A DNA stretch of 64,000 nt from Octopus vulgaris (GCA_951406725.2 OX597825.1:5208001-5272000), one strand, 5' to 3'. Shown: positions 13,104 to 26,199, numbered from the stretch's first letter. Notes: generated from the letters alone by a model not told the origin. Translations and numbers: made by a program.

Positions 13104-13769
13104 AAGATAGTCGATAAAATCGATCCCAGCACTTGACTAATTCTTTATTGTATTGACTCCCAAGCGATGAAAGATGAAATCCATTTGAGCGGGATTTGAA
13201 CTCAAATCGTAGCGAATCCTGATAAATACTACAAAACATTTTTCTCTCGCACAAACTGTCATTTTGCCAGCGCGCCACCTGCATCCTTCTAAATAATTAT
13301 TTCGATGATATGCTCAAAAGCTGAAATTTAAAAGGGATGCAGGGTAATTGATTACATCGATCCCTGTGCTCAACTGGCACTTATTAATGTGGCCCCGAAG
13401 GGATGTAAAACAACGCCGACCCTGATAAAGTTGAACTTGTAATGTAAAACCGGAAGAATTTCTGCGAAACATTTTGCCTGCAAGCTAACGATTCCACCAG
13501 TTTGGCGCCTTCATTCTGTCACATAACGATAAGAATATATTTCACTTAAAACTACGTATTTCACAATCAAGCGATCACAAAATGATGATAAATTTTCTAT
13601 AAAAGTTTAGCAAGCTGTAGATTTTGTTGTTTGATTGCTAATTGTCTAATGCTGTTTACTTTTGCAAATAAACAATTCATTAATTCCTAAAAGCAAAGCA
13701 TTTTTGCATGTGACAATTGGCGGATCCTCCTCTTCTTTCGCCGATAAGAGGATTCATAGAGACATTAGT

Positions 13770-14068
13770 GAAGGCGCATGGCGTATTGTTTAGGATATTC
13801 GGCTCACGATCTTCTGATCGTGCGATCGAGTCCCAGCGGCGCGCTGTGTCCTAGAGCAAGCCACTTTGCTCCAATCTACTCATCTAGCAAAAATAAGTTG
13901 CCCTTGTAATCCAAAGGGTCAGCTTTGTTGCTGTCTGTGTCACGCAGAATCCCCTGAGAACTATATTAAGGGCACATGTGTCTGAGGAGTGCTCAGTCAC
14001 TTGCACGTTAATTTTACGAGTAGACTGTTCCGATAATCGAATCTATTAGAACACACATCGCCATAACT
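13770..14068 (+). mobile_element. SINE family C2 (different tRNA-like head, shares tail 1 with family C)
   Basis: gaaggcgcatggc...ttcggctcacgatc...gtgtcctagagcaag; tail ctgtgtcacgcagaatcccctgagaacta...cacttgcacgttaat. Confidence 0.75.
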
Positions 14069-14169
14069 GGCAAAATGCCAAGCTAAGATATATACACACA
14101 TATCTACATTTTCATAGACATACACACATATGTAGTTAGATATCGTTGTTTGATAATCCTTTCGACTAT

Positions 14170-14368
14170 ACGCACCAAGCATGTAATTTGGGTGGAATGG
14201 GTAAGTCTATTACATCGTTTCAGTGCGTAACTGGTATTTATTTTATCGATTCCAAAATGATGAAAGGCAAAGTCGACCTCGGCACAATTTGAAATCAGAA
14301 CTAAAGGAAAAACGAAATGCCGCAAATTATTTTGCCCGGCGCGGTTACGATCCTGTCAGCTCGCCTCC
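14170..14368 (-). mobile_element. SINE family A (diverged)
   Basis: gatgaaaggcaaagtcgacctcggc...cagctcgcc. Confidence 0.8.
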
Positions 14369-14570
14369 CAATCGTTGTTTCATAATAAGGACAATTATAG
14401 CACCACAAATGTTCCACTAATTAAACAAATTATTCCTGAGGGATGAGACACGATACACTGTGGCTGGTAGGATAAAATAAGACAAAACAGTCACTAAGTT
14501 ACTGTAACGTATTGTGTTGGTGAATGAATCACTAGCACCCAAGCGGATATCCTTCTTGTGGATTCACTTA

Positions 14571-14638
<68 letters not shown>

Positions 14639-14986
14639 TTAAACAGCAGAAGAGGAAATTTTATCAGAACTTACACCGTCCACAGCTGAGTATGATTGAA
14701 ACCTTTCCTGGTTCTAAACGGAAGTCAGATGTTTTCACGAGGTCATTTGTGGAAAATAATATCCATACCTACATACATACCTACATACATACATACATAC
14801 ATACATACATACATACATACATACATACATACAGATATTAATGATTGTTTAAATGTACACTTCTGTTTGAAAAATAGTTGAATATTGAATCGAAGTACCA
14901 CAGTGTGCATGTTTAGTAGTGTACCAATAATATATATATATGTATAAATATATATGTATATATATATATTCAGTTTCTATCAAACA

Positions 14987-15134
14987 GCAGGAGTGGCTGT
15001 GTGGTAAGTAGCTTGCTTCCCAACTACATGGTTCCGGGTTCAGTCCCGCTGCGTGGCACCTTCGGGCCGACCAAAGCCTTGTGAGTGGATTTGCTAGACG
15101 GAAACTGAAAGAAGCCCGTCGTATATATATATTT

Positions 15135-15197
<63 letters not shown>

Positions 15198-15406
15198 TAT
15201 GCGTATGTTTGCTTGTTTGTGTTTGTCCCCACAACATCGCTTGACAACAGATTGTGGTGTATTTACGTCCTAGTAACTTAGTGATTCGACAAAAGAGACC
15301 GATAGAATAAGTACTAGGCTTACAAGGAATAAGTCCTGGGGTCGATTTGCTCGACTAAAGGCGGTGCTCCAGCATGGCCCGCAGTCAAATCACGGAAACA
15401 AGTGTA

Positions 15407-15410
<4 letters not shown>
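14987..15410 (+). mobile_element. SINE family B with internal (TA)n(TG)n
   Basis: gcaggagtggctgtgtggtaagtagcttgc...gaagcccgtcg-(TA)(TG)n-...ggtgctccagcatggcc. Confidence 0.9.
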
Positions 15411-15454
<44 letters not shown>

Positions 15455-15639
15455 AAGTAATTAAGGGTTTAGCAACGATTTGCCTCACCACACACCGAAT
15501 TTAGAAATAGCAGTCAAAGAGTTATAGCTATTCTTTCTACTAAAAGGGAGATCTCAGTAAAACCACAGCACTTGAAAGGCAAACACAGACAGGCAATAGA
15601 GAAAGAAATGACGGCAATCTATCATACAATTTTAAGTCA

Positions 15640-15730
15640 CCTACGGACGTACGTTTCGAAATTAAGTTTTAGGAAAGCATAAGAATTAGATAATTATGTC
15701 TTACCCAACTTCTTTTCTCATCAGCGTAGG
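15640..15730 (-). ncRNA. Type I hammerhead ribozyme motif (Penelope-like element type)
   Basis: Minus strand: cctacg-CTGATGA-gaa...ttc-GAAA-cgtacg-TC-cgtagg. 6-bp stem I, palindromic stem III, GUC cleavage triplet. Confidence 0.85.
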
Positions 15731-15868
15731 ACACTACAATTATGAATAATTGTATATTAAATTTCGAGGTACTAGAAGGCATCATCTCAACTCAGTATCA
15801 GAGCGAGCTAAAGCCGTTACCAGTATGATTATTCCAAATTAATTAATTTCACCCTATATTATTACTGA

Positions 15869-15920
<52 letters not shown>

Positions 15921-17018
15921 TATCTATATGTATATATACATGTGTGAGTGTGTGTGTTTGTGCGAGCGAGTGCGGGCATATATGTGAATACATGTGTAGT
16001 GCATGTGAATGTATACGTAAAACTTTCTTGCATACGATGACCAAATTGCAGCATGGTAGTACTTAGCAGAAGGTTAATACCAGTTCAAATATGTTTGGGG
16101 CATATTCGAACCCGTAGAAAATATATCGAATATTTGATATAACATAGCAGCATTGCAGGTTGAACCCGAACTCTCAATCTCTTGGCTGCTTGTTCAGACT
16201 TCTATCCACTTCACGCCCTAAAAGTTTTATGCTTTTAATTAGAAAATGTTAGGCAAGTCTAAATTATGAAAGAGAATAAAATTCAAATATAAACTTCAAG
16301 GTAGTAGCCAGTACTATTGTTGATTGTAAAGTCTAACGTCCTTGGCCTACATATATGGAATTATATATTCAGACAATAATATTTTCAACGGATGTGTACA
16401 CATAGGTGTGTCCTTTGCTAATTTATTGATGTAAATTTTCATATATATACATATATATTTATGCATATTTCTATATATATATCTCTCTCTTCTCTCATTC
16501 TCTTTTCTCTCTTTCTTTCTCTCAAATTCTCTCTCTCACACACACACATTCCCCCTCTCTCGCTGCGCATGTGTGTTTACTTCCCTTCTCTCACCAACAT
16601 ATAGGCACACGATAAATACATACATGCATACACGCACATACATACATTTGTATGTATACATGTGTTGTGTGTGTGTGGGTGGATGGGGGGGCAAAAGAGG
16701 CCGATAAAATAAGTTCTAGGCTTACAATGAATGCAAAGAATAAGTCCTGGGGGCGATTTTCTCGACTAAAGGTGGTGCTCCATCATGGCCGCAGTCAAAT
16801 GGCTGAAATAAGTAAAAGAAAAGAATATATATATATATACATGCATACACACATATATATATATATATGTACATGCATACTCACACACATATATATGCAT
16901 GCATACACACACATATATATATATATGTACATGCATACTCACACACATATATATGCATGCATACACTCACATATATATATATATACATGCATACACAGAT
17001 ATATAGATATATATACAA

Positions 17019-17066
<48 letters not shown>

Positions 17067-17212
17067 CTTTCATCATTTATCTTGTTTCAGTCATTTTATT
17101 GCGGCCGCGCAGTGGGACTGAACCCAGAACCAAGGTACTTACAACACAGCCACTCCTACGCCTACTAATAATATTAAGTATTTATATGTGTGTATATATA
17201 TATATTTACATG

Positions 17213-17264
<52 letters not shown>

Positions 17265-17303
17265 CATATGCATACATATGTATACATACATATCTATATT
17301 TAC

Positions 17304-17364
<61 letters not shown>

Positions 17365-17599
17365 TATATACATATTAACAGAGATAGAGAGGGAAAGAGA
17401 GAGTGAGAGAACTAAATTGGTTTCTGACAGCTGTATAAAACGTATACATTCAAAACTTCCAAAAGTATCGAACCAATTCAGTACCAGACCCTACCTACAC
17501 ACGAACAATTTGCGCGCGTATATGTGCGTTAACAGCTGGTGATTCACTCCATCTCAGCTCAACGTTTCGCACCACATACTGTTGGCTCGACGACATTGA

Positions 17600-17669
<70 letters not shown>

Positions 17670-18445
17670 ATATAGATTATCTCGTAGGCAGAATTTCATT
17701 TAGTCGTGAACACTATGACGAGCATTTCGTACCTGGAACGTGCTTTTCATTCTAACAAGAATTGTGTGCGAATTGGTAATCGTTAACTGATACTGTATGT
17801 TGGAGAATGCTAAGTTCGACTCACTTGGATTAGAATCTGATCTGTGAGATATGATAATCGAAGTCAGCTGAAAGGTATTATCTCGGATTTTCTCCTCAAT
17901 GAGCTTGGAGACAGAGGAAATCTTCTTGCTCCTGTTAATACATGACGACGTTTATCCACTATGTTCCGCTGTCGATTAGGTCCCGAGCGTTTTGCTAAAC
18001 ACTATCTAATTCTATGCATATACCTGAATGAGTATATGCTTGAATGATTGTATCTGGTCTTAGTATCCAACATTTCCTTGAGAAGCTCAAATGGACTATA
18101 CTTTCATTCTCAAAATATCAAATACTGAAGCATAGTTCCGGATAAAACGGTTTAGAAATGTTCTACATCAGAACTATGTCACTATCTTAAAGAATTATTA
18201 AGTGTTTAGATAAATTATTGCAACTGACGACTGTTAAACTGTAACATATTTAAGGCGGCCAAGGAAACCACACACACGCAGACTCACTCACACGCACACC
18301 TAAAATACACACAATAATTCCAACCGCTCTACACAAGCAAACATTTCTAACTATTCTTTAATATGGATTCTAGAGAATTAAAACATTAGCAAGACTTGAC
18401 TTTTATTAAGCAACGGCAAGACTCCTTTCCAGTGTAAGCAGAATC

Positions 18446-18631
18446 AGGAAGACAAAAATTATTCGATTCAAATGAACCTTCGATCAAAACATAGCCAACA
18501 TAGCTAGACCCTTTGCCTTCCTTTTGGGAGTCTCTTCACCATACACTTATGTCACAATATATTTAACGTCAATAGCATAAAACTGGCTTATAGTTTCCGG
18601 GACAGCTCCACTTGTTAAAGCTCACAACAAG
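18446..18631 (+). pseudogene. Decayed Penelope-like element ORF fragment (RT thumb/linker region)
   Basis: Translates with a stop and frameshifts to RKTKIIRFK*TFDQNIANIARPF...HNIFNVNSIKLAYS...VKAHNK, resembling the PLE pattern RKIIWFNPPF..N..TNI...F...HKIFNRNT.KLSYS....IK.HN. Confidence 0.7.
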
Positions 18632-20062
18632 ATATAAGACTCACACAAAAAACAATCCCCACCCTAACCACCAGCTTGCAAAAGCAAAGCCTTCCTAAAT
18701 ATCTGGGGGTACTTTGGGAAAAAGAAGGTACGGGAGGATCAGTTACGATTTTATCCAACAAATTCCCCTCAGATTCACACAGTTATTGCAGCGGTCCTTC
18801 AGTTTATCTAAGCCTTCTAAAAGAATTCGGAATGTTGGGCCTCGAACCAGGCCTTTTGCGACATCCTTAAAGCCAGGAATTTTTCAGCACCCCCTCCTAG
18901 CTTAGTAATAAAACCACACCTCTCTAAGGTGAGTCATATAGATTAAGCAAATAGTGCCGAGAGGGTTTACCTCCAGTAACACTTTCAAAATTAGACACAA
19001 CCAGCACAGATAATCATTCAGGTTTAAGGACGAGGAGAAAACTACTTCTTTGTTGCGATACTGAAAATGTCCTCATAATGTTGATTATATTGGATAAAGC
19101 AGCACCACATACTAATGAACGGAAAAGGTGGTTATTTGGGAATTTCCAGATCTCGACTTTTTGTTTGTGGAAACAAGGCCAACTGTGAAAGCGAGTGTTG
19201 GGGTCGGTATTTGCTGTGACAATGGAATATTCCTCTGCAAAAAAGGAATGACCATATCGGAGATACAGTTAGGAAGAATTTCCTCAATATATTTAAAGAG
19301 TTAAATATAAATATTATACTTGATAAGAGTCCAAGTATGTTAAATTTTTGATTTAATCTCTAGTTTTAGACTATATTGAATTCTGCCTTGACAATAAACC
19401 AAATGATAATCTGCACTCTGTTAACATAAATTCCAACCAATATTCATAATGCTAAAGTACATATCCAGTTTATTGGTTGGCAAGCAAATGTAACTTGTAC
19501 TGCTCATAAGTAAAATCACGCATAAAAATTTAAAGGTCTCAAAGTGAAAATATATTACATTCAGAAGAGCAGAAATATAAATATACAGGAAAGTAGGAAA
19601 AGAAAGGTTATACGGTACAGCTCTTCCCACACTTTAAATATTCATTGTAATGTTGCCAGAATTTTCTTAAAACTTATAAATATGCATTCCCCCGTGCATT
19701 ATTGGTTTCATGAAATATTTAATATAAACAGCGTTTAGGTGTGTTACAAATGAGTTGCATAAAGGTTGCATAAAATGTATTGCTGCTTTCATATGAAGTA
19801 TAAATAGAAGAGACGTGTAGATGTAATTACGAGTACCAACAATTGGTCTCTCGACGGTAAGTACATTCTAAATTATCAATATATCGAGGTAACAACTTCT
19901 TTGCAGCCGGCGGCGAAACAAATGCAGTTTGCTAAAAATCTTCTTTGCAATAAGATTCTAGAATCTTCAGTACATATTCAGGGATTCAAAACGTCGCTTT
20001 ACTACTTTGCTATCCAAATATATCTCTAGTTTCTTGAATGTTAATATTTGCAAATAAAACAG

Positions 20063-20208
20063 AGGTGGGTGTGTGGTAAGTAGCTTGCTTACGTACTAAA
20101 TGGTTCCGGGTTCGGCCCCACTGCGTGGCACCTTGGGCACGCAGTGTCTTCTACTATAGCCTCGAGCTGACCAAAGACGGAAACTGAAAGAAGCCCGTCG
20201 TATATATG

Positions 20209-20273
<65 letters not shown>

Positions 20274-20470
20274 CTGTGTTTGTCCCCCCACCATCGCTTG
20301 ACAACCGATACAGGTGTGTTTACGACCCCGCCACTTAGCGATAGAATAAGTACTCGGCTCACAAAGAATAAGTCCTGGGGTCGATTTGCTCGACTAAAGG
20401 CGTTGCTCCAGCATGGCCGTAGTCAAATGACTGAAACAAATAAAGGAAAGAAAATAAAACAGAGAATAAA
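20063..20470 (+). mobile_element. SINE family B with internal (TA)n(TG)n
   Basis: Same architecture as the 14987 copy. Confidence 0.9.
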
Positions 20471-20715
20471 ACAGCGAATCTAGTAACGATCTGCGTAAGG
20501 TCTCAGACAGCAGAATGAATTTTATGTCTGGCTGAAACACTTTGGCACAGTTGTACGTATAATTTGCTTATGCATATATGACTACAAATGGGCTTAAGTT
20601 GTACACATATAAATATACGTATCTCTTCTATCTATCAAACTTTATTTAACCGCTCGCCTAACTCTTCTCACTCTCTTATAAAATACTCCCTCTCTCTCTC
20701 TCTATCTCTCTTCTT

Positions 20716-20797
<82 letters not shown>

Positions 20798-21486
20798 GTT
20801 TAACAAAATGAAGTAGCATGAAACAATTGTACTACTCTACCTTGGATATCCTTGTTGCTTATTTTGATTATAATCACCTCATTTGATTTATATGGATATA
20901 TATATATATGTATATATGTATATATAAAAGTACTTTCTTATAAACGGTCAAACGGTCAAGTTAAGCTTTGTATTAGACTGTCGGTGATAATAGTAGGAAA
21001 TATCTTAATGATCTGCGTACCTACATCCGTCACTCCTTTAAGTACACGTTAATTTGCTTCAATGGCAACCCTTCTCTTACACTCAACTTCCTTCTCTCTA
21101 TCTCCCTTTCTCTCTTTTCCTCTCTCTCTCTCTCTCTCTCTCCCTCTTCTCTTACATGCATCTTCCCCCACCCTCACTCACCAGCTTTCAATCTTTCACT
21201 TTTTTCCTTGACAGACATAATTCCTCTGTCGTATTCACTTCCTCAATCTCGAGATAAACTTCTATTCAGACACCCCAAAGCTTGTTTTGCGCTTTTTGTG
21301 GATCTTATCTTCCCGAAATAAAAATCATATCAACAAGAAACGGAGAAAGACAACCGGAATATATCCTCTCTAATGTTAAATTAGTGTTTAATTAATTCAT
21401 GGGACATTGATTAGTAATCTAACAAGAAATAAATATGCGGTGCGGAAAACAATGTGTGTCAATGACTAATGTTGCTTTTATCTTCA

Positions 21487-21690
21487 AAGCAGTGAGCTGG
21501 CAGAATCGTTAGCGTGCCGGTCGAAATACCTAGCAGCGTTTCGTCCGTCCTTACATTCTGAGTTTAAATTCCGCCGAAGTCTACTTTACCTTACATCCTT
21601 TCGGGGTCGATAAAGTAAGTACCAGTCGATATAATCGACTTATCTTCTGCTCCGGAATGCTGGCCTTGTGCAAAAAGTAGAAAGCAATAT
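21487..21690 (+). mobile_element. SINE family A, tail b
   Basis: gagctggcagaatcgttagc...tggccttgtgcaaaaagtagaaa. Confidence 0.85.
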
Positions 21691-21705
21691 TGTTTTCATC
21701 TTCAA

Positions 21706-22100
21706 GGCGGTGTGTTGGTAAAATCGTTGAGCACGCCGTGCAAAATGCTTAGAGATATTTCGCTCGTCTTCACGTTCTGAGTTCAAATTCCGCCGAGGTC
21801 GACTTTGCCTTTCATCATTTCGGGGTCGATTAAATAAGTACCAGTTATACATTGAGGTCGATATAATCGACTTAATCCGTTTGTCTGTCCTTGTTTGTCC
21901 TCTCTGTGTTTAGCCCCTTGTGGGTAGTAAAGAAATGGGTATTTCGCTCGTCTTCACTTTCTGAGTTCAAATTCCGCCGAGGTCGACTTCGCCTTCTATC
22001 TTTTCGAGGTTGATAACATAGCTGTTAAGCAGTGGGGGTCGATGTAATCAAATTACCTCCTCCCTCGAAATTGCTGGCCTTGTGCCAAAATTGGAAGCCA
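21706..22100 (+). mobile_element. SINE family A tandem (head-core-tail a / half-head-core-tail b)
   Basis: Tail a runs directly into gtatttcgctcgtcttcac at about 21939. Confidence 0.85.
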
Positions 22101-23101
22101 ATATTGTTTTCATTTTCTCTGTAGATAAACGAGATAAGTGTAGATATTTTTAGTGCTATTCTGATAGCATCAGCAAAGCATAGCCTTGGCTGTAGTTGCG
22201 GAAGTAACAACGAAAGCATCTCTAAATAAACCTACGATGGTTGGTAGGCGTTGGAAAACATAATTACCGAATGAATAATCAGAGACGCCATCTGCAAGCG
22301 AAACAACAGTTAAGTTAGTGCTAACATATCCGCAGGGCGAGGTGCGTGATAAAATAAGTACCCATTGAACATTGGGGTTAATGTAATCGACTAATACCCA
22401 CAATGGAAATTATTACTGGCCGTGTACCTATTGAAGAAAGTTTTATATAAGTTGTTAAGCTGGTAGATCAGTTACCAGGTTCGACCTGTCTATTAACGCT
22501 ATTATTCCGGCTTGGCATTCTGAGTTCAAATACCGTGAAGGTTGCATTCCACTTTATTTATTCTTTTTTTTGCTTTTTGTTTTTTGTTTGGGGTAAAATG
22601 AGTAACTGACTACACCCTCTCCCTAAAAGTTCCGACCTTGTGCCTTTAATAGAAAGGATCATTAGATGTGTTAAAGCAGGAGTTAATTACATTACTGTAT
22701 CTAGTTCCGTCATGTTATGCTTCGAATACAAAACCATGCCGTGTTCAAACTAATAGTTCATCTCTTCTGGTTTCGGAAAAGATGAGCTCCAGTTAATTCG
22801 TGTCAAGTTATACCAAGTAATAGACATTGTAATTCAATTATAATACCCTGTTCTTGGATCTGATCCAAATGTGTTGATGATATACACATCTTGTTAGACA
22901 ACGCACAACTGCAAAGTCTATCTAGCGTTTTAGAGTTAATCCGCCATTTCTTTCTAGATTAGCAAAATTTATGCTTCCAGCTTCCCAAAACACATGATAT
23001 ATATTAATTTCAAATGTTGGCACAAAGTCAACAGTTTCGGGGCACAGGGTAAGTGGATTACATCAACCCCCACTGCGCAACTGCTTCTCATTTTATCAAC
23101 C

Positions 23102-23329
23102 TATTCCTTTATTGCCCACAAGGGGCTAAACACAAAGGGGACAAACAAGGACAGACATAGGTATTAAGTCGATTACATCGACCCCAGTGCGTAACTGGTA
23201 CTTAATTTATCGACCCCGAAAGGATGAAAGGCAAAGTCGACCTCGGCGGAATTTGAACTCGGAACGTAACGGCAGACGAAATACCGCTAAGCATTTCGCC
23301 CGGCGTGCTAACGTTTCTGCCAGCTCGCC
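23102..23329 (-). mobile_element. SINE family A, tail a, inserted into an older family A copy
   Basis: TSD ttttatcaacc at 23091-23101 and 23330-23340; host copy spans about 23015-23440. Confidence 0.92.
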
Positions 23330-23454
23330 TTTTATCAACCCCAAAACGATGAAACGCAAAGTTGCCTTTGGCAGAATTTGAATCCAGAATATAAAATCAG
23401 AAGAAACGCTGCTAAAAATTTTGTTCGATGCTCTAACGATTATTTCCCTCTCTA

Positions 23455-23635
23455 TTATAGGCACAAGGCCCGAAATTTTATGGAGGGGGTAGTTGATTAC
23501 ATCGAACCCAATATTCAACTGGTACTTAATTTATCGACCCCGAAAGGATGACATGTAAAGTTGACCTCGGCGGAATTTGAACTCAGAACGTAAAGACAGG
23601 CGAAATACCTATTTCTTTACTACCCACAAGGGGCT
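23455..23635 (-). mobile_element. SINE family A fragment with tail a/half-head junction
   Basis: cgaaatacctatttctttactacccacaagggg at about 23601-23633. Confidence 0.8.
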
Positions 23636-24641
23636 TACATGATTGACGTTACGAATATGTACATCACAAAATGCAAGTTATTCAAATTTCGCTTTTCTGC
23701 TACTGGAAATAACCGCTTTAGTCACTTTACGTATTGCAATTTTCTTTAATTTTTCTCACCAAGATCGATCCGTTGGCCAAAATTTTTCAAAGTTCTTTTT
23801 GTTCAATTTTTTTTCTTGACTACTTGCTCATAAATGGAGATGGTTTTAAAATTTATACCAAAAAACTGTTTATTCAAACCTTTTCAAAGTAATTAAGTAA
23901 CTACTGCTAACCACTTGAGGTTTATTTTGTTATACCGAATAACTTATACATACTCGCTGTGTATGCTATAAATAACAACAAAATATCCCTTAATTTTTAA
24001 CTCTCATTTTTCATAAACTACATTGAAAACTAGATCACCCCACTCTCTTTAAGATAGCATGTTAGTACAAGCATAAATTTATTTATAAACACCAGTAACA
24101 CTCCCACAGATGAATCGTAACTGCCAAACCAAAATGTTTTCCAATCATGGCTCCAAATTGTTTCTTCCTGTTAATGTTTCATTATGAATTCCATCATGTC
24201 GTAACGTAAACGAATATCCATACAATATATTAATTATTTATTATTATCAAAATAGTTTGAATTCAAAATTAATCTTCAACAAAATTAAAATTTTACATTA
24301 AATTTATGTAGAAAATATTAAAATATTTAAAAATATTAATGTACGCAGGTAAAAATACGTTAAATACGTTTTTTCGTAATTTGTAACGCAATTAGTAGCG
24401 CTGTAGCAGTTATTGTATGATGTAATCACTAACAAATGATCAATTATGCAATAAATTTCAATAAGAATTAGAATTTCATGTAATTTCGGTTTCTGGTTCT
24501 TCCCAGTTTATGCCTTACATTTATGGATTGCATTTCTAATTTATTTTATCGAGTCATTTAATTTTATAGTAATTATAGTGCCTCAGTGATTTGTTTTTCG
24601 AAGAATGTGAATTCAAAATACTGAATTAATCAAATGCACGC

Positions 24642-24705
24642 GGGAGTAGTGGTTAAGAGCGCGGGCTACTAACTCCAAGATTCCGTGTTCGATTCCAAGC
24701 AGTAA

Positions 24706-24776
<71 letters not shown>

Positions 24777-24950
24777 TCAAAAAATACCTTAGGAATGAGA
24801 ACCCAGGTTCGAAATTTTCCAAAGACACCTGATGAAGGCTGGCGGGTATATCAGCCGAAACGTTGTGTTAACAACAAACAAGATGAGGACAAATATCCGT
24901 CAAATGTAAATAATGTAAATAATTCTTCATCTCTTAAATATAGAACTGTA
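24642..24950 (+). mobile_element. Family D element: tRNA-like head + (AAT)n + hammerhead-bearing tail
   Basis: gtagtggttaagagcgcgggctactaac...gttcgattcc; (AAT)n; hammerhead motif; ends ctcttaaatatagaactgta. Further copies at 27112-27475 and 47685-47807. Confidence 0.88.
24824..24869 (+). ncRNA. Minimal type I hammerhead ribozyme motif
   Basis: gacac-CTGATGA-a-ggctgg(cgggtata)tcagcc-GAAA-cg-TT-gtgtt. Palindromic AACGTT stem III typical of dimer-acting PLE hammerheads. Confidence 0.75.
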
Positions 24951-25249
24951 TTTCACTGCTGTTAGTCTTTCCGTGCATTTACATAATTATTATTATTTCA
25001 GATACCGAGTCATGACACAGAGTTACTTAATTTTCAAGTTACCATTTGCGAACTAACATTCATTTTTATGGCGGGTAGGTGGGGTACATGGTGCGGTTTT
25101 TATCCAATAGTTCAGATTCTTTAATTAGATTTAGTGAATAAGGTACAAATATTCAAGGGTCGATGAATATGGAAATTCAACGGCAGAAATTGTAAAATCT
25201 TCGAAAGGCGTTATAAAATGGAGAGTGGTTTTATATATATATATATATA

Positions 25250-25460
25250 TGTTCTTTTATTCTTTTACTTGTTTCAGCCATTTGACTGCGGCCATGCTGG
25301 AGCACCGTCCTTAGTCGAAGAAATAGACTCCAGGACTTATTCCTTGTAAGCCTAGTACTTATTCTATCGGTCTCTTTTGCTGAGCACCTAAGTTACGGGG
25401 ACGTAAACACACCGACATCGGTTGTCAAGCGATGGCGAGGCGACAAAAACACATATACAT
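25250..25460 (-). mobile_element. SINE family B, 3' half
   Basis: ttgtttcagccatttgactgcggccatgctggagcacc...ggttgtcaagcgatgg. Confidence 0.88.
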
Positions 25461-25480
25461 ACATATATACATACATACAT

Positions 25481-25707
25481 ATCATTCCACTAACATTGAG
25501 AAATAAAAAAAAATTATCTTCAAACGAGTTTATCTGATAATTCATGAAAACATCGTTGGGATATAACATCAATTTAGAAGTAAACTGCAAAACAAATGAA
25601 TATCATGAATATTTATCAGAAATAGATAGGAACAAGTTGTAATTTAGTTTGTAATAAGATAACACAGAGATGCTAAGATATATACAAATCAATAAAAAAG
25701 TCGATAT

Positions 25708-25712
<5 letters not shown>
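25481..25712 (+). repeat. Left arm of ~230-bp near-identical inverted duplication
   Basis: Reverse complement of 26757-26991 with only scattered differences. Confidence 0.93.
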
Positions 25713-25755
<43 letters not shown>

Positions 25756-26152
25756 GAAGGGCTTCTTTCAGTTTTCGTCTACCAAAATCACTCACAAGGC
25801 TTTCTTACATTCTCTTGCAGAATTTCTCGCAAAGTTTAATGCAGTAATTCCAAAGGGTCTGGCTCTGAAGAGGCTTCCTTGTCCTTTTTATGAAGCGTCC
25901 TGTCCATTTCGTCGCAGAAGTGTTTAAGAAGTCCTTGGTAAAAAGGTATACGGCAGCAGGTAATTTACGAGTAAACTGCAATATTATTTGTATAGATGAT
26001 ATGAAACTGGAAGCAAAATAACAATAAGCAGTGTATTCTTTGCGCTAGGAAGCTATTATTTAATTAGTTAAATAATAGCTTCCTAACAAAAGACACACTG
26101 CATATTGTTATTTTCCTCCATTTTCTTATCACGTATATATATATATATAAGA

Positions 26153-26198
<46 letters not shown>

Positions 26199-26199
<1 letters not shown>

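Noticed and set aside
16652-17542. Longest ORF (296 aa) and the many YI/HT/CV/poly-I/L/M ORFs
   Set aside because: Read-through of microsatellites and SINE B fragments; no protein-like content.
24642-24712. tRNA-like heads as real tRNA genes
   Set aside because: No complete acceptor stem; always attached to repeat bodies.
25800-26030. Possible second R4-like RT relic (IDDMKL)
   Set aside because: Only one short motif is recognisable; too decayed to call.
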